A stretch of DNA of 64,000 bases from Fidelibacterota bacterium (GTDB lineage Bacteria > Fidelibacterota > UBA2242), in contig JBNGDF010000001.1 in the NCBI GenBank assembly GCA_049975265.1, positions 1 through 64,000 on the forward strand, written 5' to 3'. The notes under the pieces were generated by a model. It was not told the DNA's origin. It saw only the letters and a list, made by a program, of their open reading frames with translations, and did no database searches. The translations under genes were made by a program, and so were the position numbers. Of this stretch, positions 1 through 10,312 are shown in pieces (position 1 is the first letter of the stretch; each line of letters starts with the position of its first letter).

Positions 1-9
1 ATACTTTCG

Positions 10-17
10 TATTTTTG
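10..17 (+). promoter_or_regulatory. TAnnTTTG-type promoter element upstream of the hybrid kinase
   Basis: TATTTTTG at 10-17, about 15 nt before the SD at 32-39. The same motif recurs before five other genes in the window. Confidence 0.45.
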
Positions 18-45
18 CTCAGTTATCTGATAAAGGGGGCATTTT

Positions 46-1545
46 ATTACTGAGACCAAGCCGTCTGATAATCCTGGGCAGACACTATCATACGAATATA
101 TTTTTAACCATGTCACAGACATGATCATGGTCTGCGAACATGACTACTCGATTACGCTGTCGAATAACTCCGCTAATATAATCCTCGGCACCGGCGAGAG
201 TATCGTAGGTCGTAAATGCTACGAAGTACTACGCCAGTCCGGCAGTCCCTGTGTCGACTGCCCTCTGCAGGACACCATCAACAGTGGTACCGTCATTCCG
301 CTGGTCAAATTCGATGACCGCTACAATGAATATTTCGAAGAGCGCTGCTTCCCAATAATGGCGGCAGATGACACTGTAAAGTCCTTTATTCTATATGTTA
401 AAAACATTACGAAGTCCCGGGAGCTGGAGGAGAAATCATCCCGTCTGAAGAAGCTCTCAGCTTTGGGTCAGATTAGTTCCGGCGTCGCGCACGATTTCAA
501 CAATGTCCTGACTGTGGTGTTGGGGCGTGTCCAGCTTATGAAGAAGTTGATTTCCGATCCCTACATGCTAAAAAGCCTTGACATGATCGAAAAATCAGCT
601 TTGGACGGAGCTTCCAAGGTTCGCAAAATTCAGGAATTTTCCAGACCGCACAGCAAGACTCTCAACCAGACTGTAAACCTGAATGAAATCATTGAGGAGG
701 TTGTCGAGATAACGCGTCCAAAATGGGACGTCGCCTCAAAAATCCGCGGGATTCTGATTGAACCAATCGTTGATTTGCAGCCGGATATTTTCATCATGGG
801 CGATTCGTCAGACATTCGCAACGCTTTTACCAACATCATCTTCAATGCTATTGACGCAATGCCAAACGGCGGCGTCTTGTCTATCAAAACCCAGCGCACC
901 GATGGCTATATTACCGTTGATTTCAAAGATACCGGCATCGGTATGACGGAAGAAACCGTCGAACGGATTTTCGATCCCTTTTTTACAACCAAGGGCGTCC
1001 TGGGCAACGGTCTCGGTATGAGTGAGGTCTACGGGATCATTAAACGCCACAACGGCAAGATCACCGTTCAGAGCGAAGTCGGGGTAGGGACTACAATCAA
1101 ATTACGCTTCCCAGCCGTCAAGCAGAAAGCCGCCGCGACGCCAACCGATCACCTGGATTTAACCGGCACATTTTCAATCTATATTATTGATGACGAGGAG
1201 TACATCGTCGAGACGTTGAAGGATTTTCTCTCCGATCTGGGACATTATGTGACAACCAATACCGATCCCGAAGAGGCTCTCGATGAGATTTCCAAACAGC
1301 ACTATGATATCGTCATTACCGATCTTGGAATGCCCGGTATCAGCGGTCTTGAGCTGGCAGAAAAAATCAAAGCCCTAAAACCCGAGACCCAGATCGTCCT
1401 GATCTCCGGCTGGGCGTTGAATCTGAAAGCCCAGGACATCGAAAACCGGATTGACTTCATTATAAATAAACCCTTCTCCTTTGAAAAGATCAATTATACC
1501 CTTTCGGAAATTGAAGCAAAACTGCTGGAAATCCGCCAAAAGTAA
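46..1545 (+). CDS. Cytoplasmic hybrid sensor kinase (PAS - HisKA - HATPase - receiver)
   Basis: H-box GVAHDFNN, N-box NAIDAM, DTGIGM, FDPFFTTK, GNGLGM, and a C-terminal REC domain (IIDDE, TDLGMP, KP). First ATG is at 121, but the frame is open from 34 and the PAS-like start YEYIFNHVTD lies upstream of it. Start placed tentatively at ATT 46 after SD AAAGGGGG. Confidence 0.9.
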   Translation: MTETKPSDNPGQTLSYEYIFNHVTDMIMVCEHDYSITLSNNSANIILGTGESIVGRKCYEVLRQSGSPCVDCPLQDTINSGTVIPLVKFDDRYNEYFEERCFPIMAADDTVKSFILYVKNITKSRELEEKSSRLKKLSALGQISSGVAHDFNNVLTVVLGRVQLMKKLISDPYMLKSLDMIEKSALDGASKVRKIQEFSRPHSKTLNQTVNLNEIIEEVVEITRPKWDVASKIRGILIEPIVDLQPDIFIMGDSSDIRNAFTNIIFNAIDAMPNGGVLSIKTQRTDGYITVDFKDTGIGMTEETVERIFDPFFTTKGVLGNGLGMSEVYGIIKRHNGKITVQSEVGVGTTIKLRFPAVKQKAAATPTDHLDLTGTFSIYIIDDEEYIVETLKDFLSDLGHYVTTNTDPEEALDEISKQHYDIVITDLGMPGISGLELAEKIKALKPETQIVLISGWALNLKAQDIENRIDFIINKPFSFEKINYTLSEIEAKLLEIRQK

Positions 1546-1555
1546 ACCCAATGAT

Positions 1556-3319
1556 ATGACCTTTCGAAATAGCCTACGGCTAGATTGGCACTATATCTCG
1601 CTTATTCTCTTTCTCATTCTTTTCTCCTGCCAGAATAATAACCAACACCAAGTTCAACAAACCGATCTCTACCCATCCAACGATCATATCGAAGACGGCG
1701 GAACATTGGTCGTTGGTATCCGCACGGAGCCGGAAACACTGAACCCGCTTTTTGCACTTTCCCAGTCCGCTCGTAATGTCATCGGGCTGATCTTTTTACG
1801 GCTCGCCAATATCAATGCCGACCTTGAAACCTTTTCACCGGGTATCGCCAAATCCTGGGAGATATTTCCGGAAAAGCGGCAAATCGTGTTTCACCTTCAT
1901 CAAAACATCCGCTGGCATGATGGACACCCGCTGACGGCGGAGGATGTGGTTTTTACCTACCAGCTGCACGTGAACCCCATCATTGGCTGGGACGGTATCT
2001 CCTATAAACAGAACATTTCCAATGTCACAGCGCCTGATGATTCGACGGTCATTTTCACATTTCACGCCGGCAATCACACCATGCTTTCGGATGCCGTCGA
2101 GGGGTACATTCTACCAAAACATCTCCTGCAACCCTATTCTCCGGAAGAACTTTTTACCGCCGGTTTTAACCGCCAGCCGGTCGGGGCGGGTCCCTTTATT
2201 TTCGTCGAATGGCAGAACCAACAGCTCATCCGCCTGTCAAAAAACGAATCCTATTTCAAAGCATCCAAACCGCATCTTGACCGGGTCATTTTCCGGATTG
2301 TCCCGGATAATTTCAATCTCCTGAACCAGCTGAAATCGGGAGAGGTGGATATGGTGGAGGGTATTCATCCGAAAAATTTTCTGGCGATTCAAAAAAGCTG
2401 GCAATCCGGACATTCTCACCTCCGACCCATCCGCTATCTCGGGCGCCGTTATGATTTCATCGGATGGAACCTGATCGATCCCGCATCCCACCGGAAAGCT
2501 GTCGCTGCCGGCGCGACCCGGTCAGCAATCGACAGTCTCATCCGCCCCAACAAACTCTTCGGCAATCAAAAAGTTCGGGCGGCACTGACCATGGCGATTG
2601 ACCGCGAGGCAATTTTGAACAGCGTCAATTTCGGGATGGCAGTCCCGCTGCACGGACCCGTTCCACCCATTTTACCCAGCTATAATGAGACCGCCAACGT
2701 CGTCTGGGAGTACAATCCCGAAAAATCCCGGGAGTGGCTGGCGGAGCTGGGCTGGGCAGACCACGATGGCGATAAGCTCCTGGACAGAAATGGTGTGCCC
2801 TTTCAGTTTGAAATCCTCACCGAAAGCGGCAATCTGCACTGGGAACAGGTCGCCACTATCGTACAGGCGCAGCTGGCGGAGATTGGTATCCGGACCAACC
2901 TGCGGTTTCTAGAACCTGCGCTGCTCTATGGGGAACTTCTGCCAAACCGCGCATTCGACGCCGTCATTATGGGCTGGACAGTGGGACTTACTCCGGACTA
3001 TGCACCGCTCTTTCACAGCGACAGCTACTTCACCCCCTTTCACTTCACCGGATACTATTCACCTGAGTATGACCGCCTCGACGGTCTGGCGAAAAACGCC
3101 CGCCGCACAGCTGCCGCACAGCCGTATTATGATAAAATCGCCAGACTGCTTTCCCGAGAGCTGCCCTATACCTGGCTATATTACCGAATGGAGTGCTCAG
3201 CGGTACACAGCCGTTTTAAAAATATCATTTTCGACAAACGCGGTCTCTATGTCAACCTTGAAGATTGGTGGATTCCCCAAAGCGAACGTCTGAAAATTGA
3301 CAGGATCTTAAAAAATTAA
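1556..3319 (+). CDS. Peptide/nickel ABC transporter substrate-binding lipoprotein (OppA/DppA family)
   Basis: Lipobox LILFSC; SBP family 5 motifs WHDGHPLTAEDVVFT and PVGAGPF; first gene of an opp-like operon. Start moved to ATG 1556. Confidence 0.9.
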   Translation: MTFRNSLRLDWHYISLILFLILFSCQNNNQHQVQQTDLYPSNDHIEDGGTLVVGIRTEPETLNPLFALSQSARNVIGLIFLRLANINADLETFSPGIAKSWEIFPEKRQIVFHLHQNIRWHDGHPLTAEDVVFTYQLHVNPIIGWDGISYKQNISNVTAPDDSTVIFTFHAGNHTMLSDAVEGYILPKHLLQPYSPEELFTAGFNRQPVGAGPFIFVEWQNQQLIRLSKNESYFKASKPHLDRVIFRIVPDNFNLLNQLKSGEVDMVEGIHPKNFLAIQKSWQSGHSHLRPIRYLGRRYDFIGWNLIDPASHRKAVAAGATRSAIDSLIRPNKLFGNQKVRAALTMAIDREAILNSVNFGMAVPLHGPVPPILPSYNETANVVWEYNPEKSREWLAELGWADHDGDKLLDRNGVPFQFEILTESGNLHWEQVATIVQAQLAEIGIRTNLRFLEPALLYGELLPNRAFDAVIMGWTVGLTPDYAPLFHSDSYFTPFHFTGYYSPEYDRLDGLAKNARRTAAAQPYYDKIARLLSRELPYTWLYYRMECSAVHSRFKNIIFDKRGLYVNLEDWWIPQSERLKIDRILKN

Positions 3320-3320
3320 A

Positions 3321-4304
3321 ATGGTCCCGGGTTTTCTGAACAGAATACTGAGCCTTATTCCCACGCTGCTGATTGGCATCACCATCAGCTTTGTCATTAT
3401 TCACCTGGCGCCCGGTGATCCGGCAACCCGTTTTCTTAATCCAAACCAAACTCCGGAAGTTCAATCCGCCATCCGCGCACGCTTCGGTCTCGACCGGAGC
3501 CTGCCGGTGCAATACGGCAGATGGTTGAAAAACGTGATCTTGCACTTCGATTTCGGCTACTCATTTTCCAGCGGAAAAGCCAGCCGGGCGATAATTGCAG
3601 CGGCACTGAAACCAACTGCCGTTCTCGCCTTCTGGGCACTGCTGTTCGCCCTTGCTGTGGGTATCTCCCTGGGCATCCTGGCAGCCCTGAAACAGAACCG
3701 GCTGACCGACTTCATCTGCAACAATCTAATGATCTTCTTTCTTTCAACGCCTGGCTTCTGGCTCGGACTGATGCTGATCGGCATATTCTCCATCCAGCTG
3801 GGCTGGTTGCCCGGTGCCCATCTTCACTCTTTATACCATCACGAACTCGGCGGCGGAGCCCGTCTGCTGGATTCCATCAAACATCTAATCCTGCCCGTCA
3901 TTACTTTGGGGCTCCCTCTGGCGGCTACATTTTTCAAGTACGTTCGCAGCAGTATGATAGAAACGATCAGCTCAGACTTCATTTTAGCCGCCAAAGCCCG
4001 TGGCATCCATCCCTCCAAAATTCTCTGGAAATATGCCCTGAGACATTCGCTGTTACCTGTGATCAGCGTCCTGGGCATTGTTATTCCGGCATTGTTAAGT
4101 GGGGCGGTTATTATCGAGGTGCTGTTTGCGCTGCCGGGCGTCGGCAGAACCATGGTCACAGCGGTTTACAGCCGCGACTACCCGGTTCTCATGGCAGCAG
4201 TTACCTTCAGTTTCATCGCGGTCATTGTTTGTAACTTACTGGCAGACATCTGCTATCGTATCGTCGATCCGCGGATTCAGGTTTCTTCCGGTAAAATCAC
4301 ATGA
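3321..4304 (+). CDS. Peptide ABC transporter permease (OppB/DppB)
   Basis: APGDPA, DFGYSF, EAA loop AAKARG, EVLFALPGVG, RDYPV, DPR. Confidence 0.93.
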   Translation: MVPGFLNRILSLIPTLLIGITISFVIIHLAPGDPATRFLNPNQTPEVQSAIRARFGLDRSLPVQYGRWLKNVILHFDFGYSFSSGKASRAIIAAALKPTAVLAFWALLFALAVGISLGILAALKQNRLTDFICNNLMIFFLSTPGFWLGLMLIGIFSIQLGWLPGAHLHSLYHHELGGGARLLDSIKHLILPVITLGLPLAATFFKYVRSSMIETISSDFILAAKARGIHPSKILWKYALRHSLLPVISVLGIVIPALLSGAVIIEVLFALPGVGRTMVTAVYSRDYPVLMAAVTFSFIAVIVCNLLADICYRIVDPRIQVSSGKIT

Positions 4305-5137
4305 TTCTATTTTCCCCCAGAAATACTGATGCAGGTTGCTCTTTTCGGGCGGGTTGCGGCATCCTGCTGTTTATTCTTCTCTTCATTTTAATCGGTCCGC
4401 TGTTTATATCTCATGATCACCTGGTTCAAAACCTGGCGGAATCGCTCGAGCCCCCCTCTGCGTCCCACTGGTTGGGAACCGACCATTACGGACGGGACAT
4501 TTTTACCCGTCTGATTTACGGTGGTCGCTTAACCTGGATCATTGCCATTTTTGCGACCCTGATTGCCATTGTTATCGGAACTCTGGTTGGGCTTTTTAGC
4601 GCCTGGCGGAGCGGTTGGGTTGACCTGATTCTCATGCGGCTGGTGGATGTTGTGCTTGCCTTTCCGAGAATCTTTATCATTTTATTAATCGTTGGTCTCG
4701 GTGGGTCTTCCATTAAACTGCTGATCTGGCTGCTGGCGCTGTTTTCATGGATGGAAACGGCGCGTATCGTCCGGGCTGAAGTCGGCATTCAAAAAAACCT
4801 CACCTACGTAAAAGCAGCACGGGCGGCAGGGCTGGGAACGAACCGGGTTCTCTTCTTGCACATTCTTCCCAATATCGCCGGACCGGTCATTGTCTCGGCG
4901 GTTCTCCTGATTTCAACGATTATCCTGGTTGAATCCAGTCTGAGCTTTCTCGGGCTGGGTGTTCAGCCGCCCAATGCCAGTTGGGGAACCATCCTGAATG
5001 AAGGGAAAATAGACCCGTTGGGAACCTGGTGGATCTCCGTACCGGCAGGAATCTGTATTCTGCTCACCGTCATCGGCTTTAACCTGATCGGGGACGCCCT
5101 GCGCGACCTTTTCGATCCATATCATTTCAAATCATGA
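4301..5137 (+). CDS. Peptide ABC transporter permease (OppC/DppC)
   Basis: HWLGTDHYGRD, AARAAG, HILPN, ESSLSFLGLG, GDALRDLFDP; ATGA overlap with the previous gene. Confidence 0.93.
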   Translation: MILFSPRNTDAGCSFRAGCGILLFILLFILIGPLFISHDHLVQNLAESLEPPSASHWLGTDHYGRDIFTRLIYGGRLTWIIAIFATLIAIVIGTLVGLFSAWRSGWVDLILMRLVDVVLAFPRIFIILLIVGLGGSSIKLLIWLLALFSWMETARIVRAEVGIQKNLTYVKAARAAGLGTNRVLFLHILPNIAGPVIVSAVLLISTIILVESSLSFLGLGVQPPNASWGTILNEGKIDPLGTWWISVPAGICILLTVIGFNLIGDALRDLFDPYHFKS

Positions 5138-5913
5138 AAAGTGTGCCATACCCGATTCTCGATATCAACCATCTGACCGTTGAATACCCCTCCGGTTCAT
5201 TCAATCCTTTTCATCGAAAAAGGAAAACGGCGGTTACGGATATCACTATTCAGATTCAGACCGGTGAATGTTTTGCCGTTTTCGGCGAATCGGGCTGCGG
5301 CAAGAGCAGTCTTATCAACGCCATTCTCGCTTTCGCTCCTGTCACACAGGGAACCATTCTATTTGACAACCAGAATCTACTGCACCTCTACGCATCCAAT
5401 CCGCGCCGGGTCCGTCCTCTAATCCAGCCGGTTTTTCAGAACTTTCACCAAGCCCTGAATCCGCGCCGGCGAATCGGCAGCCTGTTCAAAGAGATCCACT
5501 CCATCTATCCCGGTCGCCCCGATCCCGCTGAGCTGTTTCAGCGGGTCGGTCTGAGCCGCGCTGTCCTGAATGCCTATCCCCACCAGCTCAGCGGCGGACA
5601 GCAACAGCGGATTGGTATAGCCCGGGCACTGGCGACCAACCCGAAACTGCTTCTCCTGGATGAGCCGGTCACATCTTTGGACCTGTCTATCGCCGCCCGG
5701 ATTCTGGTATTGCTGAAATCGCTTCAGAAAGACCAGGGTCTGACTTACCTGTTGGTTTCGCATAATTTTGCCATTCTCCGCCTGCTGGCGGACCGCGTTG
5801 CGGTGATGAGAGACGGACATATCCTGGAAATCAGCCCACCCGGGCAACTGCTCGCCAGTCCAAAGCACGACTATACTAAAAACATCCTTGCAAAGAGCAG
5901 CATTGTATGCTAA
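5134..5913 (+). CDS. Peptide ABC transporter ATP-binding subunit (OppF-like)
   Basis: Walker A GESGCGKS, signature LSGGQQQR, Walker B LLLDEP, PKHDYT. Confidence 0.92.
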   Translation: MKSVPYPILDINHLTVEYPSGSFNPFHRKRKTAVTDITIQIQTGECFAVFGESGCGKSSLINAILAFAPVTQGTILFDNQNLLHLYASNPRRVRPLIQPVFQNFHQALNPRRRIGSLFKEIHSIYPGRPDPAELFQRVGLSRAVLNAYPHQLSGGQQQRIGIARALATNPKLLLLDEPVTSLDLSIAARILVLLKSLQKDQGLTYLLVSHNFAILRLLADRVAVMRDGHILEISPPGQLLASPKHDYTKNILAKSSIVC

Positions 5914-6881
5914 TCCTTTCTGCTACAAAACTGTCCGTTTCAGTAAAAACACCCGCCCGGAAACTGCCGCTGATAAAGGACCTCTCATTCACACTCAGAC
6001 AGGGTGAAACACTGGCGGTCGTCGGCGAAAACGCCAGTGGAAAGACTACTCTGTGTAAAACACTGACAGGACTTTTGCCGGGCAATTTTCAGATCAGCGG
6101 TTCCCTGAAATACCACCCGAATCCGACGACCGCAATCGAACTGACCGATCAGTCCGAATCCCGACCGATACAGATCAACGGCAAAGAGATCGCCATGGTC
6201 TTTCAGGACGCTCCGGGCAGTCTGAATCCCCTGATGAAATGCGGCGCCCAACTGTTGGACGTATTCAAAGAACACTCGGCGAGCACCAATTTAGAAAATA
6301 AACAGCGGACTCTACAGTTGCTCGGGCAGCTGGGTCTGCCCGAGCCTGCAACCATTTTCAACAGCTACCCCCACCAACTGTCCGGTGGTATGGCTCAACG
6401 GGTCGCCCTGGCATTGGCATTGGCGGGAAATCCCAGAGTCCTGATCACCGACGAACCCACCACAGCGCTGGACACCATTGCCAAAAACCGGTACCTGCAA
6501 CTGCTGCAAACATTAAAAAAACAGAACAGCCTCGCACTGATCTTCGTCACTCACAATCTGAATGAAGCCCTGAGCTTCGCCGATTCCATCCTGATTTTAT
6601 ACAACGGCTATGGGCTGGAATACGGATCGGCACCGGTACTGCGAGAGCAGCCACGACACCCCTTCACATCCGATCTCCTGGATATTCAAAAAGCCCTAAA
6701 CCAAAACCGGTTGCCCCAACCAATCCCAGGAGAGTCTCCCTCCTTTGGACAGCCGGTCGGCGGTTGTCCCTACCATCCCCGCTGCAGCCAGGCAACAGAG
6801 CGGTGCCGGACGACCTTTCCGCCGCGGCTTTCCCTGGCGAATGACGCTTTTGTTTCCTGCTATTATCCAAAAAATAATTGA
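5907..6881 (+). CDS. Peptide ABC transporter ATP-binding subunit (OppD-like)
   Basis: GENASGKT, LSGGMAQR, ITDEPTTALD, and a C-terminal HPFT plus Cys-rich GCPYHPRC domain. Confidence 0.92.
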   Translation: MLILSATKLSVSVKTPARKLPLIKDLSFTLRQGETLAVVGENASGKTTLCKTLTGLLPGNFQISGSLKYHPNPTTAIELTDQSESRPIQINGKEIAMVFQDAPGSLNPLMKCGAQLLDVFKEHSASTNLENKQRTLQLLGQLGLPEPATIFNSYPHQLSGGMAQRVALALALAGNPRVLITDEPTTALDTIAKNRYLQLLQTLKKQNSLALIFVTHNLNEALSFADSILILYNGYGLEYGSAPVLREQPRHPFTSDLLDIQKALNQNRLPQPIPGESPSFGQPVGGCPYHPRCSQATERCRTTFPPRLSLANDAFVSCYYPKNN

Positions 6882-6969
6882 GTGACCGAATATTTCTGCG
6901 TGTTACTCTACCAAAAATTTATTAATTTCGCTCCGTGTCGCAGATAAAAACGTTAACAGGCAGACATTT

Positions 6970-8085
6970 ATGGTAACAAGAGCGGTTTCCAACAGGTTTC
7001 ATACCCTTCTCAAAATATTGGCTCTGCTGGGATTGGTCTACCTCTTTCTGCTCAGCATTACGCTGATCGGCTCGTCTTTTAAAGCCATGGGTAAAGAGGC
7101 TGCCCAGACCATTATGCAGATGGTCTCAAATCCTGTCATGGGTCTGGTGGTGGGCATTTTCACCACAAGCCTGGTACAGAGTTCTTCACTCACTACCTCG
7201 CTGGTGGTCAGTATGGTCGCCGGAGGGGTCTTCTCCACCGACCCGAATGTCTCGATCCGGCTGGCGATTCCGATCATCATGGGCGCCAACATCGGTACCA
7301 GCGTCACAAACCTGATTGTATCCATCGGGCACATCCGTCGCTCGGACGAATTTGAACGCGCTCTGGGTGCCAGTATCGTCCACGATTTTTTTAATGTACT
7401 CTCGGTTCTGGTGATCTTTCCTCTGCAGCTGATGTTCAATATCATCGGCAGCCCGGCGCGCGCAGCCTCCAGTCTCTTTGTCAATCTGGGCGGTTTGAAA
7501 TTTATCAATCCTCTCAATGCCATTCTGAATCCCGTCGCAAAAGCCATCCTGCAGCTCTTCCCAAACCATCCATGGATCGGAGTGGTAATCGCATTTATTC
7601 TGCTCTTCTTCGCCCTCCGCTATCTTGTTGCGGTGATGAAGTCTCTGGTGCTGAAAAAAATTGAAGCATTTTTCGATCAATACATATTCAAAACCGCCTT
7701 CCGTTCCCTCATGCTGGGAATGCTTTTCACCGCCCTGGTGCAGAGCAGTTCCATCACCACTTCTCTGGTTGTTCCTTTGGCAGCTGCCGGCGTACTCAGC
7801 TTAAAGAAGATTTTTCCCTACGATCTCGGCGCCAACATCGGCACCACCATTACCGCTTTTCTGGCTTCCCTAGCTACCAGCAATCCCGACGCTGTGACCA
7901 TCGCATTCAGTCATTTCCTGTTTAACGTCCTCGGGATCATCATCTGGTTGCCCCTTAAAAATGTGCCAATCACCATGGCTAATGTATTTGCTCACTGGTC
8001 GGTTCGGCATCGTTGGGTCCCGATTGCATACATTTTATTGCTTTTCTTTATCATCCCGTTATTATTAATTTTTATAATGAGGTAA
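6970..8085 (+). CDS. nptA: Na+/phosphate cotransporter (NptA/SLC34 family)
   Basis: Duplicated QSSS motifs and GANIGT motifs; polytopic membrane protein. Confidence 0.88.
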   Translation: MVTRAVSNRFHTLLKILALLGLVYLFLLSITLIGSSFKAMGKEAAQTIMQMVSNPVMGLVVGIFTTSLVQSSSLTTSLVVSMVAGGVFSTDPNVSIRLAIPIIMGANIGTSVTNLIVSIGHIRRSDEFERALGASIVHDFFNVLSVLVIFPLQLMFNIIGSPARAASSLFVNLGGLKFINPLNAILNPVAKAILQLFPNHPWIGVVIAFILLFFALRYLVAVMKSLVLKKIEAFFDQYIFKTAFRSLMLGMLFTALVQSSSITTSLVVPLAAAGVLSLKKIFPYDLGANIGTTITAFLASLATSNPDAVTIAFSHFLFNVLGIIIWLPLKNVPITMANVFAHWSVRHRWVPIAYILLLFFIIPLLLIFIMR

Positions 8086-8091
8086 TTAAAA

Positions 8092-8766
8092 ATGTTAAAA
8101 GAAATTTTAAAAATCTGGAAAAAACAGGATGCCACCACAGAAATCCTGAAAAAATATCTGAAGGCTCTCGAAACCGACTTCAAAATGTATAAAGAGGCGG
8201 TGCGTTGCCTGCGGCGGTGTGACAACAGTAAAATGGAGCTGGATATTTATCAAACCGATATCACCATCAACAAATCCGAACGACAGATCCGCCGGGACAT
8301 TCTCACCCACCTGATCATGTTTGATAAATCGGAAATCGAAACCGGTCTAACCATCGCCAGCATCGTTATTGACATCGAGCGAATCGGCGATTACATGAAA
8401 AATATCGCCGATCTCGCCAATCTTCATAAAAGCAAACTGCACGGCGGCGCCTACGAAGAGGTGCTCAGCCGGACAGAAAAGCGGATCGAGGAGTTTTTTG
8501 AGCTCACTCTCCAGGCTTTTCCGGAATCCAATGTCGAGCTGGCGCGCAAAGTGGTCAAGGGTTATCGGGAGGTCTCGAAAGATTGCACAGTTACAACCAA
8601 CGAGCTGATCCAAAATGGCGGCAATTTCAGCGTGTCCGACGCCGTGACGCTCGGACTTTATATACGGTTCCTGAAGCGAACCGGCGCACACTTATTTAAT
8701 ATCTGTACTAGTATTATTAATCCTTTCGATCGTATCGGTTACGACGAAAAGAAGAAGGAAGAGTAG
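8092..8766 (+). CDS. PhoU-domain phosphate uptake regulator
   Basis: DIERIGDY and RFLKRTGAH PhoU repeat motifs; adjacent to the Na/Pi transporter. Confidence 0.8.
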   Translation: MLKEILKIWKKQDATTEILKKYLKALETDFKMYKEAVRCLRRCDNSKMELDIYQTDITINKSERQIRRDILTHLIMFDKSEIETGLTIASIVIDIERIGDYMKNIADLANLHKSKLHGGAYEEVLSRTEKRIEEFFELTLQAFPESNVELARKVVKGYREVSKDCTVTTNELIQNGGNFSVSDAVTLGLYIRFLKRTGAHLFNICTSIINPFDRIGYDEKKKEE

Positions 8767-8774
8767 GTTTACCA

Positions 8775-10202
8775 TTGTCAATTAGTGTCACCAAACGCAG
8801 TGAAGATTATGCCCGCTGGTATACCGATGTCGTTCAAAAAGCCGAACTGGCAGATTACGGTCCGGTCAAGGGTACCATGGTTATCCGCCCTTATGGATTT
8901 GCACTATGGGAAAATATCCGCGATATCGCCGACCGCATGTTCAAGGAGACCGGTCATGTTAATGCCTATTTTCCTATGTTTATTCCGGAAAGTTTTATGC
9001 ATAAGGAAGCTGAGCATGTGGAGGGCTTCGCTCCGGAATGTGCCGTCGTAACTCATGGCGGCGGGAAAAAACTGGACGAACCGCTCTATATCCGTCCCAC
9101 CTCAGAAACCATCATCTGGTCCATGTACAAAAAATGGATCAAGTCCTACCGCGATTTGCCGCTTTTGATCAATCAGTGGGCTAACGTCGTACGCTGGGAG
9201 CTGCGCACCCGCCTGTTTCTCCGCACCACTGAATTTCTCTGGCAGGAAGGTCATACGGCGCATGCCACCTTCGAAGAAGCCGAAGAGGAAACCCGCAGGA
9301 TCATCGAAATCTACCGCATTCTGGCAGAAGATTACCTGGCAATGCCGGTCTATGTGGGTAAAAAGACCGACGCTGAAAAGTTCGCCGGCGCTGTCCACAC
9401 TTATTCCATCGAAGCCATGATGGGGGATAAAAAAGCACTGCAATCCGGCACCTCTCACAATCTCGGACAAAACTTTGCCAAAGCCTTTGACGTTACATTC
9501 CTGAACAGTGAAAACAGACAGGAGTATGTTTACGCCACCAGCTGGGGCGTCAGCACCCGTCTGGTGGGTGGTGTTATTATGACTCACGGCGACGATAAGG
9601 GGCTGATTCTGCCGCCCCGCATCGCTCCCTATCAGCTGGTCATTGTCCCCATCTGGAAAAGCGCGGAACAAAAAGACCGGATTATGGAGGAGGTTGCCAA
9701 AATCAAGCTGCAATTCAGCAAAGCCGACATCCGTTTTGTCGTCGACGATAATGAACAGGTCTCAGCCGGCTGGAAATTTAACCAGTGGGAGATGAAAGGC
9801 GTTCCGCTGCGCCTCGAAATCGGACCCAAAGACCTGGAAAAACGACAGGTTGTTCTGGTACGGCGCGATAACGGTAAAAAACAGTTCGTCCCTTTTGAAA
9901 ATCTTTTTCGTGTAGTCAACCATCTCCTGGAAGATGTTCAGAGCAGCATTTTTCGACTGGCAAGCGATTTCCGGGATAAAAATACAATCGAAGTCGAAAA
10001 CTATTCCGGCTTCAAAAAGGTCATCGAAGCGGGCGGTTTTGTGAAAGCCTTCTGGGCAGGCGACGGTGCCGCAGAGGCAAAAATTCAGGAGGAAACCAAA
10101 GCCACTATCCGCTGTATTCCCTTTAAACAGAACCGCAAGGGAAAATGCTTCTTCACGGGCAAGGCGGCGGATACCCAGGTTATTTTCGGGAAATCCTATT
10201 AA
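8775..10202 (+). CDS. proS: Proline--tRNA ligase (archaeal/eukaryote-like type)
   Basis: IRPTSET, FLRTTEFLWQEGHT, SWGVSTR, PPRIAP and C-terminal GKSY; no INS editing domain. TTG start. Confidence 0.96.
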   Translation: MSISVTKRSEDYARWYTDVVQKAELADYGPVKGTMVIRPYGFALWENIRDIADRMFKETGHVNAYFPMFIPESFMHKEAEHVEGFAPECAVVTHGGGKKLDEPLYIRPTSETIIWSMYKKWIKSYRDLPLLINQWANVVRWELRTRLFLRTTEFLWQEGHTAHATFEEAEEETRRIIEIYRILAEDYLAMPVYVGKKTDAEKFAGAVHTYSIEAMMGDKKALQSGTSHNLGQNFAKAFDVTFLNSENRQEYVYATSWGVSTRLVGGVIMTHGDDKGLILPPRIAPYQLVIVPIWKSAEQKDRIMEEVAKIKLQFSKADIRFVVDDNEQVSAGWKFNQWEMKGVPLRLEIGPKDLEKRQVVLVRRDNGKKQFVPFENLFRVVNHLLEDVQSSIFRLASDFRDKNTIEVENYSGFKKVIEAGGFVKAFWAGDGAAEAKIQEETKATIRCIPFKQNRKGKCFFTGKAADTQVIFGKSY

Positions 10203-10312
10203 TCATCATCTCCCGCATCTGTTCCACTCATCCTGACGATTCAGGGAAAAGCGCCCTCAGGATATAAAACCCTTGTAACCTATTGAATATTCCTTTAATC
10301 TATGTTGACGAC

